The notes under the pieces: generated by a model
What the model saw: the letters and a program-made list of their open reading frames with translations, nothing else
Database searches by the model: none
What the model was told of the DNA's origin: nothing
From: Paragordius varius
Taxonomy: Eukaryota > Animalia > Nematomorpha
Direction: 5' to 3'
NCBI GenBank assembly: GCA_964247055.1
Contig: OZ176052.1
Coordinates: 3,844,001-3,908,000, forward strand
Length of the DNA: 64,000 nucleotides
Shown here: positions 62,657 through 64,000 of the stretch, one piece after another
How positions within the stretch are numbered: the first letter of the stretch is position 1
How the letters are laid out: every line of letters begins with the position of its first letter
Program-made: the position numbers and the translations under genes

Positions 62657-63911
62657 CTCTTGGTGGTGGTCCATCATCTCTACCGCCTCTCCCGCCACCT
62701 CTACCACCATTTCTTCCATTATTGCCCCGCCCTAAAAATAGATACGATTTTTCAAAGTTAAGAGATATGGATCTGAATTTAATCTATGGTTTTAATTATG
62801 CTTCTTTAAAATATTCTTGAATGTAAAATAGTTTGCATTAGATAGCTAAATGTATATTCTTGCGGATTTTTTTGTATAAAAAAGTAATAGATTCCAAAAT
62901 TTTTATGTCATTGTTAATTTAATTATAAACAATTTGTCACCGCTGGTATCGAAAATTGTATATTTAAAACGATTCTTAAAAATTATAAATCAACTTCGAT
63001 TCTAATTTTTTTATTTAACTAAATCATAGGTTATGGAAGCGGTTTCTAAATATGTTTATAATGTAATTGATTGTGACTAAGCACTTTTAATCCGGTTCCA
63101 AAACCGGTTAAAATAGAGCATAGGATAACTTAAATATCGAAATATCAGAAATTCAAAGAATGCGATCGTTTTTACTTAAATAAATTTTATAAGAGTGACT
63201 ATTATTTATATTTACGATCATCCGTAAAAAGTTCAATTTATGATTATTAACATAAATTATAAACAAAATATGTCGTTGCTAAATAATGCTTTGATTGTTA
63301 CAAATTAGTTTTGATAACATTTGAATCTATGTAAGAAAAAATTCCAAAAGTTTGATATGATTAAAACATCATCCATAGCGCAATTTTTAATACGCCTAAA
63401 TGTAATAATTAACTATCTAATTTATATTGCTATGAAATTGTTGTCAGTTTTACAAAATAAGATGCCGACATAATTAGATTTTTTTGATACTTGTCGTTTC
63501 AAATTTTTATATAAATAAAAGATATATTTATTTATATAAGTATAATATCGATAAATTGCATTATTTTTCAGAAATTATTAATTATATTGATATTAGAGAC
63601 AGCCAATTTTTTCAAATTAAAATTAATTATACAAATATTAAATAATTTTAAAGTGATTTTTCTAAGAGACCATCTCTTTTATGGGGATTACGATATTGAT
63701 TTGCTTAGTTTATTCAGAATTTTTTCTTTAATAGATTTGTAAATTTCTTTATTATATTTTTGATCGAAATAGGCAATATAAATTATTGGCAAATTATTCT
63801 TAAATTTTTTATTTTTACTGATGTTTACATAAAAATATTTATATTATAATGAATATTTGGTAATATAAATTATTTTACCTGATCTTGGGTTTGGGTTTCC
63901 TCCTCCAATTC
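62657..63911 (-). CDS. Internal micro-exons of a Gly/Arg/Pro-rich low-complexity protein (partial gene)
   Basis: GT-AG-flanked, GC-rich exons 63911-63879 (33 nt, G-IGGGNPNPRS-G) and 62731-62657 (75 nt, G-RGNNGRNGGRGGGRGGRDDGPPPR-G). Both are phase 1-1 and in frame with each other. The start lies beyond the window and the last exon was not found. Confidence 0.7.
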
Positions 63912-64000
63912 CTATTTTAAGAAACAATTATAAAATTATAAGTAAAATTTTTTTGCCCTAAATAAATTCTTATGAGTAATATATTTATCCTGCTTAATAT

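Overview
Very AT-rich, intron-rich eukaryotic (animal-like) genomic DNA. No prokaryotic features, rRNA, tRNA or CRISPR were seen. I reconstructed the spliced genes by hand from GT-AG sites, reading frame and recalled family motifs. From left to right: a small secreted Pro-rich micro-exon gene (1050-1917, +); RFC1 (4544-21555, +, 24 exons, ~1143 aa); POLR1C/RPAC1 (24860-21682, -, 8 exons, ~329 aa), convergent with RFC1; a Goliath-family TM-RING-H2 E3 ligase that lacks the PA domain (31897-~42582, +); a DH-PH RhoGEF (~49763-56084, +); and two exons of a Gly/Arg-rich micro-exon gene at the right edge (-). Introns and intergenic DNA hold RTE-type LINE relics, two Helitron families (one nested in the other), clusters of a TTAA-flanked piggyBac-like MITE, TA-flanked and hAT-like MITEs, and a transposase zinc-finger fragment. 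The standout observation is seven ultra-short (21-27 nt) GT-AG introns that must be spliced to make RFC1 and POLR1C. They are the first 4 introns of RFC1 and the first 3 coding introns of POLR1C, while all downstream introns of the same genes are 73-4500 nt. The organism cannot be identified from the sequence alone.
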